Assembly (NCBI GenBank): GCA_963788655.1
Contig: CAWBHS010000081.1
Location: forward strand, 32,001 to 96,000
DNA length: 64,000 nt
DNA from: an uncultured Verrucomicrobiae bacterium
GTDB taxonomy: Bacteria; Verrucomicrobiota; Verrucomicrobiia; Limisphaerales; JAFGQR01
Direction of reading: 5' to 3'
Both the position numbers and the translations under genes were made by a program. Every line of letters begins with the position of its first letter. Position 1 is the first letter of the stretch. A model generated the notes under the pieces. That model was not told the origin of the DNA. It saw only the letters and a program-made list of their open reading frames with translations, and searched no databases. Positions 33,201 through 46,152 of this stretch are shown piece after piece.

Positions 33201-36200
33201 CAGATCGAGCACATTCTTGTCTTCGGACGCGATGAATTTCTGAATGCCGAAGGTATCGTAGCCAAACCCAATGTTGATGGTGGCGCCAATCCGGCCGCCA
33301 AACTGGGCGTAGAGCGGCGGGTAGATGGGAATCTTCTGGATGTAGGTGAACTCGAACTTGAAGGTCGGCATCCGCCATTCGATCAGCCGAACGGTGCCGC
33401 CGGTGAAGAGATTAAACAGCTCGGCCGGATTCTTGAAGATCGGAATGCTGAAATTGTCGAGACTGTTAACATCGCCCACAAATCCCGAGGTCTTGCTCTT
33501 GTAAGTCGAACTGGCGCCGGGGCCCCCGGCATTGTTGATGGCGTTGTTAAGCTCATCCGCGGTCTGGGCGGCAACCTCCTGGATGACCTGGATTTTGTTG
33601 CGGTTGCCGGTGCCGTCATCATTGAGCGTGAAGGAACCGAACGGAATCAGGATGCTGCCTTCGCCGATGCCATCCAATTCGTTGATGATGTTGATGACCT
33701 GGATCACGCTGTCGATGAACTTGACCGTGGACGGTTCCAACAAGCCGAAGGCTGCGGCCAGATCGAGCAACGTGATGGTTTCGCCAGCCAGATCGGACAG
33801 CACCGGCAGCCGGGCGGTGACGATATCAACGATCGGCTGAAGCGGTTCGGTGACCTTGCGGATTTGCTCCAGGATCGGACCCATGAAATCGGAGATGAAT
33901 GTCCCGAGATCAAGAGCCACATTGGTGAAAGCCACCGTGGGCGCACCCGCGCCGTTCTGCAGGTCCCAGGCCCAGTCGAGATGGAACTCCGCCACTACCC
34001 GCGGGAAGGAGGTGTTGCCGCCGAAGCTGGCAGCAAGATCAAGGTTAATGTCCGCGACCGCCTCGAGGTTCGCGTCCACGATGTCCTTGAAGGTCGTTCC
34101 GCTGGAAGTCATTTCGGCGAAGGTCAACTTGCCATCGCCGTTGGGATCACGCAGGTCCACCACAAATTGACCGGTGAAATGGCTGGGATCATCCGGATTG
34201 TCCGCCACGTCCAATTGGAGGAAGGCCAGGGTGCCTTTGGCCGCCAAGCCCGGAATGGTCGCTTCCAGATAGACGCGCAACTCGGGGTCAGCCGCGGTGG
34301 CCGATGAATCGAAGAAGAAACCGTCTTCCTTATTCAAGCCAAAGCCGAACTTGAGGTCAAAGCCCAACGCGAGGATCACGTTGCCTTCGACCGCCAGCCC
34401 GAAGCCCGGCACGCCAATGTCGAAATCAATGGGATTGGCAGAAGTATCCACCAGCGCCATGGACTTGGCCAGCCGCAGATTGACCACGAGTCCGGTATCG
34501 CAATCAAGGGTTACATCCAGTTGCTGGTAACCGAGCGACGGATCCAGGGCGTTGCTGGTAGCCGGATCCACCAGGATGTCCAGACCGTCCGGACCGAGCG
34601 TGTTCCAGAAGGCCTGCTTAATGGCGTTCTCGATGGCGGCAGTAGCGCTGCCGGCGGAATTGACCGCGTCGCGCAGATCGCGCAACAGACCGCTGCGGAA
34701 GTCACTGATGAAATTGGCGGCGCCGGCAAAGCCATTGCCAATCAGCGGCAACGAGGTGGAGTAAGCGACGTCTTCCAAACCGTCCTGAATGGTGCCGAGT
34801 AAGCTGTCGAGACCGTCAAGCAACACCCCCGCATGCTGGTCAATGATGTCGCAAACGCCCACGTCCTCGAACAGGCTGCTGATATCGGGCGCGATGAGAA
34901 TCAGCTTGGAAACCGTTACCGTGCCGGAGCCGTTGTTCGAGCCGCTGGGATCGTCATCAAGGAAGGAAACGGTCCAGTCACCACCACCGCCCAGGGCTTC
35001 CACCGCACTCTTGATCGAGGTGGCGGTGGAGGAACCGCTGTTGATTTGGATGGTCAGCGTGTTGTTGGCAAAGGCGGCATTGGCTGAGCTACCCACGCTG
35101 CCGTTCTGCTCGAATACGACTTTGAAGTTATCGGAGTCGCCGGCAACGTTGATGATTTCCAGATTGTTCAGCCCGCCCGGAATCCGCACGTCGGCCACGC
35201 CCATGTCTGCCTGGGTATCAACGAAAAGTCGCACCAAGTCGGGAATGTCGATAACGAGGTAGTTATCCGGGTAACCGTCGCCGTTTCCATCCGTCTCGTT
35301 ACCCAACGCGATTTCACTGGGACCAATTTTCGTGAAGACCGGCAGCACCGCGGAAACGCCGCCTTCCATGTGCAGGTCAATGTTGTCGAAATCAAACCAG
35401 TTTTCGGAGAAATAGTGGCGGCCATCGCCATTGTTGTCCCGCAGGCCCAACCGGAACAGGGCGCCTTTGTCACCGTCGCCGGCATCTGTCTCCGGATTGC
35501 CGTCCTGATCAATCGTCACACTGCCGTCGTGAACTACGATGCCCACAATGGCGCCCACCGCCGCACTGAACTCGATGTTGGAACCGAGCACCTTGGCCGT
35601 CAGCACCACACCGGTCGAGTCATAGAAAAACGGACGAGCCGTACTCGGATTGGTGAGGTCCAAGCCGAAGTCGAGCGTCAAAGCCGCACTGGCGCTAACC
35701 GTCAATTGCGCTTCGCCTTCTACCTGAATAAACGTAGTGACCGCATCGAGAAAATCGGCAATGCCGGAATCTTGTCCCGCCAGTTGCTTGACCAGTTTGT
35801 TCAAGTCGAGTTGCAGCGGGAACGTGTTGGCGTACGCGGTTGTGAAATCGAACGCAAATTTGAGCGAGGTCGTGGTAAACGTCCCGTCCCCGGTGTTACT
35901 GCCAAGCGTATTGTCATTGGTCACCTTGGTCGCCGTCCAAGGGTGGCCGGAAAGACCATTGATGGCAGTGATGACGGTGTTCGTGGTGGTGGTGCTGCCG
36001 TTGATCTCGATCTTCAGAATCTTATTGGTATCGTCCCAGGTAACCGTGGCGTTGTCGCCGGTGATCGTGGGGCTGCCGACGATCTGAATGTTCGTGGCGT
36101 TGAAGTCTTCCGCATCGGCCAGGTTGGTGTTGCTGATAATGAAGCCATTGTTCTCGCCGTCCGGATTGATCGTAGTGGTCGAGGCTGCGGAATTATTGAC

Positions 36201-39200
36201 GCCGCCGGTGGTGGTCAGGACTGTGGAGGCAATGCCGCCGTCGTCCAGCGAAATAGTCAGGATGTCAGGATTGAGATTGAACAGTTGCTCGATCTGCGTC
36301 TCCAGGTCATCGATCATGCTCTGCAACGACTGCGAGTTGGAATGGGCGGCGGCATCGATGAGATCGGCGAACTTGGACGCATAATCGATCATGTCATTGA
36401 TGCTGATATCAATGATCGGCAGGCGTTCATCGAGGAAGCTGAAGGCGCTCAATTGGCCGAGGTTGTCCGCGATGACCTTCAACGCCTGGATGATTTGAGC
36501 AAAGCTGATGTTCTGGAAATTATTCAGGTTCCCGAAGTCCGGATAGGTTAGGAAAATGCCGGTGTTCGTGCCGTCATAGGGATCCGAATTGTAGTCCAGA
36601 TGATTGATGTCCGGAATCCAGAGAGATACTTCCGGGTTGCTGCCCAGCGGGAACGAGAAGCCGAGGCCGCCAACGGAGATGTTGGGCAGGCGGGCCAGGA
36701 AACTGCCTTCGAAATTGGGACCCTCGATGAAGTTGCCGAGATTGGCGCTCTCAATGCCGTTCATCAGGTCGGCAATGTAGAACCGCGAGTCGCCGGTGGT
36801 TTGGTCAGCCAATCCGATACTGACGCTGATCGGGGCCGGCGTGGTGCCGTCATAGTCCAACGTGCCCAAACTGCCACCAGTGGTGGAGATTTCCACGAAG
36901 CCGAACCGCAGCGAACCGTTGATCGGCGTGGTGGTGGTGACTTCCAGCGAACCGGTCATTTGAACGTCCTCGACAAACAAGCCTTTGACGGTCGATTTCG
37001 CGGTAGTCTGAAAATAACTGGTGCCACCAATCTCCAGCGCCTCGGCGCCGAAGCCCAATTCGGTGGCGAAAATGTCGTCCTGCTCGGAGCGGATGGTGAG
37101 CTTGTTGATCAATCCCAGTTGATTGTCGAGGTTGCCATCGCCGTTCAGGTCTTCCACCCGGTCCAGCACGCCATCGCCATCCAGATCCTCCCCGGTGTCC
37201 AAGCGACCGTTGCCGTTGGTGTCTTCGTTCACCGTACCGAGCATGCCGTCGCCATCGTAGTCCTCATTGATCACGGAGATGGCCAGCCCGGTGCCAGCTT
37301 TTTGCGCGTAAAGCAACTGGTCAATGGCCGTGCTGTTGTAAGTGTTTTCTTTGAAGACTCGGTTCAGGTCCTTCGCCAAATCTACGAGGTTGTTGTTTGG
37401 CGTGAGATCCATCGGATCGGTGCCGTCCGTATAGGACTTGGGTAGCGTCAGGGCCACGGGCGTCAGGGCATTGTCAAAGAAGACTTCAAAGTGGGCATCT
37501 TCACTGATACGCCCGTTGGCCGGGGCCGGAATCAGGCTCGACGAGATGACGCGCGGCACTTCGCCGGCGCCGAGGTCAAAGCCCAAAGTGAACTGGAAGC
37601 TGACGGTGGCGGCAATGTTGAGTTCTCCACTCAAATCAGCACCAGCGATCGAGCCCAAGTCGCCACCGAAATCAAAGGGAAGCGTTGTCGAGTAGGTGGC
37701 GCCCTTATCCACCATGTAGGTGTAAACCTGCTGGGCTTCGTTATAAACCACCGACAGGCCAAGCAAATTGCCCAATTCCTCGAAGAACCCCGGCGTGTCG
37801 TAACGCTCGGTCACGATGCCCACCTGGTCCACCGTAGTATCGTCCGCATCGCCCGGTCCAAAGCCCAGCGCGTTGAATTCGGTATTGCCGGTAACCAGGC
37901 TCAACGTGGTATCGGTGGCGATCAGCGTCGGGGTCAGCGCCAGGACAAACAGGTCGTCATCCGGATTGGTCGTGTCACGTTCATTGATGCGCGCCACCAC
38001 ACTTCCGGCCAAGCCGGCGGTCATCAACGCGGTGTTGAACCGGGTGACGAGATCATTCCAGTCGCCATAGGCGCCGCTGACCGACACCGGCACCGGTGGA
38101 TCATCGCCGATTTTGAGTTGGAAGTCCGCGCTGCTCAGCGTGCCACTGCTGGTCGCGGTGAGACTGCGCGACTGCAACTCCACGCTGATCATGTTGCTGT
38201 AAATCTCGTCCAGGAACAGTTGTGACCAGTCCAGGAAATCGCCGACTGTCGAGCCACCGGTGAAGGGGATTTCGACGTTGAACACGTCGGCGCCCTTGAA
38301 AATGTCCATCCAGTTGAGCAGTTGCCGGAGCATCCCCACGAACTCGAACGGACCGGGAGCGGCAAAGTCGTCAAAGGACAAGCCGGTGGTGATGTTGCCG
38401 CTCGCATCAATCGAGAGCAGCAAAGAATTGTCGCCTTGGTTGCGGAATTCAACCGTACCGCTGCCGGTATCGACTTCCACCGTGAAGTTAAACGGCAAGG
38501 CCACCGAACCAATGTGCAGGTAGCCGTTGACGTAAATGCGCAGGTATTCGGTTTCGGTCAGATTGATGACGGTCGAACCGCTGGGGGTCGTCACCGTGGT
38601 GTTCACCGCGGCAGTGGTGGTATTCACTTCGAGGCTAATGTCGCCGCTCATACCCACCAATCCGACTTCAAACTCGACATCCGCTACCCCAGCCAGTCCT
38701 CCGTTGGAAATGACAAACGCGCCCGTGCCGTTGTTGAATGAGGCAACGGTCAGCGAACTCACCTTCAAATCGAACGTCAAATCCTCCGCTGCCACTTTGA
38801 AGGTGTTTGGATCGGCATCCGATTTCTCGAACCGGAACACACCGCTCAAGACGACAAATCCGGCCAGATCAATGTCCGCCGCACCAGCCACGGCAAGGTA
38901 ATCGTGATAGTAGGCGCCGGTAAATTCGATGGTCACGTCGTCTGCCGCATCGTCCGAGATGCTGACCGACAGCGGCCCCACATCCGCGCCCGTGCCATTG
39001 AATTCAATTCGCAACTCAGTCGCCGTGACGCTGATGCCCGTGGCGCCGCTCAGGCTGGCGGAATTCACCGTGACCACTCCGGCCACGCCGGCGGGGTAAA
39101 TCACCAAAGCTCCGGTGCCGCCGCTGACATCCAAACTCAGCACCCCAGCCGACAGCGTGCTGCTCAATCCGGCAACGCCGACGGTGATGTAATCCGGGTC

Positions 39201-42200
39201 CGGATCGGCATCCACCAAGGTCAGAACAATGGAATCCATCATGAAGGACTGCATCTGTCCCCCAATGTTGATGTCGATGCCAAACGGCGATCCAGGATCG
39301 TAACTCAGGCGATTGAACGGACCAGCAGGCAGGTCCAGTTGTTCGAGCAACTCATCGACCAGCGGCAAGGCCATGGTTTCCAGGCCATCGCCACCCGTCA
39401 GCGGCGCGGGACTGGTCGTGCCCGAACCGGGTCCCGGACCGGCGCCCACTTCCTCGTCAATGGGACTACCAGTGTTGTTGAACGACCAACTGAACGGCTG
39501 CGTGAAACTATTGTTAAAGGCTGAAACCGTGACATCAATGGATCCCTGACCAGCCATGCCCAGATCCGTGAACACGAACAGCGCCGTTCCGTTATTCGCG
39601 GTCAACAGGCTGGTGCCAAAGTCGAAGGCCACATTGCCGGCCCGGACGACTACCAATTGCGTGCCGCCGGTGCTCTCCCGCTGTTCGAAACTGAAATCGC
39701 CCGTAATGCTCACGCCAAACACGTCGAGCGTCACGCCGGTGCCTTGCACTTGGAGATACGGACCCGCCGGCACATCAAGGTGAATAGTGCTGCCGCCGAC
39801 ATCGACCATTTCGTCCACCGCATCCTCCGTGTCGTTAATGCGCACGGTAAACGAGCCGGAAAGAGATACGCCCGTCACATTGAGGGTCACGTCGGCCGAA
39901 GCCTGACCCGCAATGCCATCGCTGGTAATGATGAAGGCGCCCGCAACGTTGCTGATATTCAAGAGGTCGTTGGCAAGCGTACCGAGATCGAATTGGACGT
40001 TGCTGGCCGCCACGGTGACGACCTCCAAGCCGCCAGGACTGGTCGTTTTGCTCTCGAACACGAAATCGCCGGTCAACCCAATCCCGAGAACTGTCAACTG
40101 CGCTCCCGTGGCTTCCACTCGCAGGTACGGGCCGGCCGGCAGCGTTGGAATGCTCACCGACATACCGTTTACGTCCACCGTGCGCGCGGAAAAGATGGTG
40201 TTGGTGTCATTGAGCCGAACATGGAAGGTGCCGGTCAGGTTGAGCGCGGAGACATTCAACGCCACGGTCGCGGTGGTCGAACCGGCAACGCCTGCATCGG
40301 TGAAAACAAACGCGCCTGAACCATTGGTAACGGTCAGCAGTGCCGACGCGCCTTCGTCGAAAGTGAACTGCAAGTTGGCCACGCCCAGCAGAAATTCTTC
40401 GTCGCCGTTGGCGGGATTCGCATCGGTGTCGTTGGGTTCGAACACAAAATCGCCCGTTAAAGTCGCATTGGGCGTGGTCAAGACGATGCTGGCATTGCCG
40501 GAAAGACGGTAATACGGGCCGGCGGGCAAACTCACCGTTTCGCCGTCAATTGTCGAAACCGCTGTCGGTGAGGTGTTGAAGGCCAAGTTCAAGGTGGTGC
40601 CCGAAATATCGATGTTCGGCAGGTCCGGACCGGCGGTGATGGTCAAAGTGGCGGTTCCAGCCAGTTCATCGCCGAGAATGAGGAATTTGCCGCTGCCATT
40701 CTCCACCCGGAGGATGCGCGTGGAACTGCCGCCCACACCCAAGGTGGCTTCATACACCACGTCTTCCGCGAGGACGACGGTTTCAGTTGCCGTCTTCTTG
40801 AGCGTAAACACGCCTTCGAGCGTTTGGCCCAGGATTTCCATTGAGCCATCCACTTCAATCGTTAGATCCGGGTCGGTGCCGCTGAACAAATCGTCGGACT
40901 GGATGCGAACCGTGTGCGTTCCAGTGTAATTCACTACGAAGCCGGTCAACGCGCCGTCCAATACGAAGGAGGCATCCACCGTGCCGGCGTGAGTGAGGTT
41001 GAAAGCATCGCCGACATTGATGGTGCCGCTGGCGATGTCCGTAAGTGTTGATCGGGTAATTCGCCCGCTGGTGAGGACACTATCATCCGGGGTCGCCGTC
41101 ACCGAGGCATCAAAGGCCACCGACCAACTTGTAACGTCCAGGTTCAGCGGGGCGCCCGGCGGCGTGAGGTCGAAGGCAAACCCGCCCGTCCCGCTGGCGT
41201 CCACCGTGGCCCGAGCAGTCAGGTCTTGAATCTCGACGTAAGCGTCGGCGTCGTAGCCCAAGGTAAATTGAAATTCCAAGGTGCCCTTAATGTCCACCAT
41301 CGGGCTGGGATCAAACGCCGCATCCAAGACTGCGCCGGCGACATCGCTGAGCGCTTGGTTGAGGTGGGTCTGGGTCAGTTGCAGGTTGATGTCCCAGGAA
41401 AAAGGATCGGAGGCGTTCGTGCCATAATGGCCCAGGACACCGAGGATGGTAATTTCGAAACCAGCGACGGTCGTCCCGTCCCAACTTTCGATTTCACTGG
41501 TGACCTGTGATTGGTTCGGTAACAGAGCCAGAAGCGAGTTCAGTTGACCGCGAATGGCATCGTTGATTCCCTGGCCGGCATCGGCCCAAGCGCCAATCGT
41601 CGAGCCGATCAGTGGCAGGTCTTCAGCCAGTTCGCCGATCCCGTCCAAGCCATTGGCAATCTGCTGCAATTTGACCAACCCGTCTTGCAATGCCGTCTCT
41701 GCGGTCGGGACAATCGTGTGGGTGGAGACAACTTGAAGGGTTAGATCATTGGCGTTATAGACCGGAACAAAAGCCAATTCCGGATGGCCAGGGATACTGG
41801 TAGTGCCACGCCAATTGGCAAATTCACCGGTGCGTGAGCCCCAAGTGAAAATAACAAAAGTATCTCCGGCGGAAAGTGTTGGGCTGCCAATGACTTGAAT
41901 TTGAAGAGTGCCGTCAAGTTCGGCCAGACCGCTAATAACAAATTGATCGTGTCCCGTCGGGTCAATCCCGGGACCGTCCGTTCCTCCAATGCGAATCGTA
42001 GTAGTTTCACCAAGCTCCTGGCTGAAGGTCGTCAGATTTGTGACCGTAATGCCAACCGGGGCGCCTTGAGTTTCCAGAGCTGCTTCCAAGAGAGGGGAGG
42101 CAGACTCAAGCAGTCCGTCAGCAGGAGGTCCGTTGGCGCTGCGTAACGTCTGGGTCAATTGACCCGCCATGGAATCGGAAACGGGATTGAAATCGGGTTT

Positions 42201-42596
42201 GATCGTCGGCGGCAGTTCGTCCGCCTCGAACGGTTCGCTTGGCGACTGTTCGGTCTGGTTTTCAGTCGCTTCGTGTTCCGCATTTACCTTTTGCTCGAAT
42301 GTTCCAGGCTGTGACTCATTGTCACTCTCTGGTGCGGACGAGGATTCGCTGGAAGCAGGAGAGGAATCGGAAGAAACATCTTCAAAGATGTTCCCCAAAC
42401 TAGAGGCCGGATCGTAGTCAAGTTGCTCCTCATCAGCGTCAGAATTGGCAGGAGATTGCTCAGTCGTTTCGACGGGATCAAGGAGTTGGTCGGCCAGAAT
42501 GGCACCGGCACATGCGCCGGCAACGTCTGCGGAAAGCATGATTCGCGGCTCCAGAGCCTCGAGTTCGAATCGTCGTTTTGAGGTTTCGTGCTTCAC
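24232..42596 (-). CDS. Giant (~6100 aa) LEPR-XLL protein with RTX Ca-binding, SdrD B-like and Calx-beta repeats (frameshift ~26478)
   Basis: N-terminal FELEALEPRIMLSAD; many GGxGxDxL nonapeptides; VFYDNNLNGLQD and IWLDANNNNRQD; TVDGTATAGLDY. ORFs 26355..42596 and 24232..26403 join with one base missing. Confidence 0.92.
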
Positions 42597-42700
42597 TGCT
42601 GATCCAATCAGTCAGGCCGTTCCACCCGCAGACTTGGCCACTTAAACTCAGTGAACAAATCATGTCCAGGGTAAACTTTATTTTTCCGCGAACGGGGAAA

Positions 42701-42729
42701 CCTATAATAAAGGATGGTTACTTTGTCAA
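42701..42729 (-). promoter_or_regulatory. Putative sigma70 promoter of the giant gene
   Basis: Minus strand TTGACA-N17-TATAGG in an AT-rich patch ~105 bp upstream of the start. Confidence 0.45.
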
Positions 42730-42943
42730 TAGGAATATTTTATTGATCATCACTTTTTGCCCCTCGCCCGACCCCGCATGGACGCCAACGAGATCGCATA
42801 CCTTTTTCTCCACCGCACACTGATGCGCGTTTACGCTAGATTTCCCAGGAACCTTGTTCTGCTTTGTTACAAAGTCCCTGCATCCTCACAAGCTCCCCTG
42901 CCCTGTCTTTCAACGTTACAATCCTTCACGTTTCAAGCAGTCG

Positions 42944-44557
42944 TCACCGTTTCCGCCCCTCCGCCCGCCAGACGTAAAACCGAAAATGCGTGAGCGCGCG
43001 CTTGCGGGCAATGACCACAAAAACAATGTCCACGGCAAGCGCCAAGGCGCCGGCAATGAGCGGCGCAATCCAAATCCCCCACTTGCCGAAGGCGACCATG
43101 AAGAAGAAGATTCCCTGTGAAAAGCTGAGCGCAAACCAGGGGAGCACTTTGACGAAAGCAATGGTTTTGAGCAATGCGACGCTTGGGCTTTTCGAGGTCA
43201 ACCCCATCCAGATGCCGAACCATCCCACCGCCAGCAGTCCGACGACGAATTTGGCCACGCCCGCGACCAAGGAGACGAGTTGCATCATCTGGTAATCCGG
43301 TTGGTTGGGCATGCTGGAGGAAACGCCGGACGTGCCGACAACCGCGACGATACTGACAAATACCTGCAAGGCCAGGAATAACAGCCCGGGCATTAAGAAC
43401 AAGTCCAACAACATCCGCCAGTGGCCCCGCACAATCTGCCGGGGAGTCAAAGGCGTCGCCAGCAACAGTTCCATCATGCCGTTGTGCCGCGCATCCACCA
43501 GGAAGCGGCTGGACTGCGACGCAAACCACAACGTGAAAATCACCCCCGCCAAAAGAATGACCCCACTGCTGATTTGCATCAGGCCGAGCCCGCCCTTGCT
43601 CTCCCACACTGTTAAGAAGATGACCGCCGCCGCCCCGTACATGACCGCGCGCAATCCCCACGCCAGCCAGCGGTCCCGCCCTGCAAGCCACAGCACGGGA
43701 TTTCGGTCCAGCAATTTTCGTCGCCGTAGCGCGCGTTTGCTCGGCGCGGTTGTGGGCGACTGGCGCCGACGGAAACGGAATCGTGACCCGACGGCTTTTT
43801 CCTGCCAGTTGCGCGGCGCCACTCGGCAGGCCAATGCCAGGAAACTCCAGCCGATAATATGGATCAATCCCAAGCTGGGCCAGAACTCGGCGGATCGGTC
43901 GTTGCCGGCCTGGAGGAAGGAACAGAGCGAACTCACCAGACTAAAACGGGGCACAAACAGACTTTGATCCCCGCCCGCAATGGCCCAATCGACCACCCAG
44001 GGTAACAATAGAAATCCCAGCCCCGCCAGCAAGGTAGCACTCATGGCCTTCTGCGAATCACGGCTGAGCGACGAAATGCCAACCCCCAGGGCTAGTGAAA
44101 AAAACAACGTGTTGCACCACACCAGCATCAACCGCCAAAACTCGCTGCCGGTCACGCCCCCCACCAGGAAGACCAGCCCCATGATGGGAAACACGGCCAG
44201 TACGCCATAGACGGCCCGCAGCGACGTGGCCAGCAACTTCCCCAACACCACGTCGTAACCCCGCAAATCGGTGAGGAACAACAAGCCCAGCGTGCCTTGG
44301 CGTTTTTCCTCACTGAGACAGTCCGAAGTCAAAAACACACCCGCCAGACTTACCGCCACAAAACCAAGCCATTTGAGAATGCTGAAGAGGATGGAACCCA
44401 GTTGCGAAAGCCACATACCCTGTTGCAGTCCGGCGATAATCAAAACGCCAGCAGTGATCAGCGCAGCGAGCAATGCCGCCCCTACACGGGTCCAGTGGGT
44501 TACGGTCTTCCGTGCCGCCACCCGCAATTCCCGATCCACGATGGGGAGAAACGTCAT
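42944..44557 (-). CDS. ABC-2 type transporter permease
   Basis: PIVDRELRVAAR, DCLSEEKRQGTLGLLFLTDL, VVLGKL, MELLLATPL; many TM segments. Confidence 0.85.
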   Translation of the reverse strand: MTFLPIVDRELRVAARKTVTHWTRVGAALLAALITAGVLIIAGLQQGMWLSQLGSILFSILKWLGFVAVSLAGVFLTSDCLSEEKRQGTLGLLFLTDLRGYDVVLGKLLATSLRAVYGVLAVFPIMGLVFLVGGVTGSEFWRLMLVWCNTLFFSLALGVGISSLSRDSQKAMSATLLAGLGFLLLPWVVDWAIAGGDQSLFVPRFSLVSSLCSFLQAGNDRSAEFWPSLGLIHIIGWSFLALACRVAPRNWQEKAVGSRFRFRRRQSPTTAPSKRALRRRKLLDRNPVLWLAGRDRWLAWGLRAVMYGAAAVIFLTVWESKGGLGLMQISSGVILLAGVIFTLWFASQSSRFLVDARHNGMMELLLATPLTPRQIVRGHWRMLLDLFLMPGLLFLALQVFVSIVAVVGTSGVSSSMPNQPDYQMMQLVSLVAGVAKFVVGLLAVGWFGIWMGLTSKSPSVALLKTIAFVKVLPWFALSFSQGIFFFMVAFGKWGIWIAPLIAGALALAVDIVFVVIARKRALTHFRFYVWRAEGRKR

Positions 44558-44822
44558 GACGTTGGCTAGTCAATCGCCAAACCGCCGGCATGAAAAGTTA
44601 AAAGCGTCACTCGCGAGCTGCCGATTTGGAACAAACAAGAATGAACCCAGCGCGGCGGAGCCGTATCCAAACTTGAAGTGTGAAAGGATTGAAGCGTGAA
44701 AAATTCGCGCGGCCCGCGCAATACTTGAAAGTTAGCAGGACGAACCAGCCGCCGATGGTAGGGCTCTGCCGGTTACACCACGGTTCAAAGCTAGGCGAAC
44801 CGCAAGATTTTGGACGGCTCTG

Positions 44823-44892
44823 TTCACCGCCAAGTCACGAAGTGCGCAAAGATCAACAACATCCTTTGCGCGCTTCGTGCCTTGGCGGTGAA
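44823..44892. repeat. REP-like hairpin TTCACCGCCAAG...CTTGGCGGTGAA
   Basis: 29-bp imperfect arms; homologous to 57844..57916. Confidence 0.75.
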
Positions 44893-45179
44893 ACAAGCCC
44901 TTCGCACGGAGTCATGACGTTCGAAATCACTATTTTGGAGCCACTTGGTTTGCGACACCCCCCGCCCTTCCCCACCAACTCTTAAACCTTGCGCAACTCC
45001 CGCCAATGTCTCCTACTGCTTCAACTCTTCGCCCCTGTAAACTTTGTCGTCTTAACGCTCCGATGCACTGCTCCGCGCAGCTGAAAGGAGTCGCCCAATC
45101 TCTTACTGCGGCAGTCGAGCACGTCGCCCAAGTTGCCAACGACGGCCGGCGTACTTTCTGGCCCTCCGGTGCGACGTGC

Positions 45180-46142
45180 TTTTGCACGCCACCGAAAAGG
45201 TCCACCGAACGGGAAATCGGAAAGTAAACGTTGCCGGCGACAAATCCACCAAGCAGCACATCGCTGTCGCGGCCACTGCCTTTCCAAGTGATGGGAAGGC
45301 CAGCAACGGTGGTGGTTTCGTTGAAGCTGACTTCGCTGTCCACGACCGCCAAGGCCAAGCCGACACTGAGCGAACACGACAACCGGCGAGCCAAAGACAT
45401 CTCCACGTACGGACCCAGCCGAAAACCATAAATGAACGCGTTGAACCGCCGTTCCCCGGTGGTGACTGCGGAAGCCGTCATGGGAGGCTGCGGGATCGGC
45501 ACGTCGCTGATGAGCGCGCCCGGCCCATAAAACGTGCCTCGATACGCCCAACCCGGAGGCGGCCCGGACGGCGGAATGATTCCGCCCAAATCATAGGCAT
45601 CCACCAGGCGAGTCACACTTCCCGAGACAGGCCGGTCATCGCGAATCTCGATGTCGGTGCCATGAACGCCGCTTCAATTCATCACGGTCTCGCGCCTGCC
45701 GAGGTTTAGTTGACGCTGATAAACCAGTCCAAAGCCATGATGCGGATTGCCGTCGCAAGTCTTGCTGTCGGCGAAGCCATTGGCGGCCGACCGGCTCAAT
45801 AAAAGAGAGTCGCCTGAAATCTGGCTCGGACTGATATACCCCCAATTCCAAGTCAAACCGTCGCCCACGGTGCTGTCACGGCGGACATAGCCGTCGTCGT
45901 AATCTCGATCCATGTCTCCTCCCGGCATTCCGGGTGGCAGGCTGGTGGCGAAACCGCCCCGGCCTTTGAACTTGGCCGAGACGTTGAATGCCATTCGGTA
46001 GCCCAAACCGAAACGGTTGCGCGAATCCGGCTGCACGGGCACGGTCGTCGAGCTCAGCGTTTGGGGTTCCCCTAGCCTCCGACGGCGTGAGCGAAGTCCA
46101 GAGCAAGAACGCCAATAGCAAAGTGCGGGAGAGGGTATTCAT
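45180..46142 (-). pseudogene. Decayed outer-membrane beta-barrel-like protein
   Basis: Signal peptide MNTLSRTLLL; NRFGLGYRMAFNVSAKF, DRDYDDGYV, TWNWGY, YGFRLGPYVE, DLFGGVQ; several frameshifts; C-terminus lost. Confidence 0.65.
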
Positions 46143-46152
46143 GGGGATGGCC

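Noticed and set aside
30753..34307. 1184-aa + strand ORF (also 6352..8022 and similar)
   Set aside because: Antisense shadows of strong minus-strand genes.
41700..42596. Lower GC at the 5' end of the giant gene as a horizontally swapped module
   Set aside because: The shift is modest, common at gene starts, and shows no visible junction.
45118..45180. 10-bp inverted repeat AGCACGTCGC/GCGACGTGCT as an invertible switch at the end of the barrel gene
   Set aside because: Inverting the segment does not restore a barrel-like C-terminus, and no recombinase is nearby.
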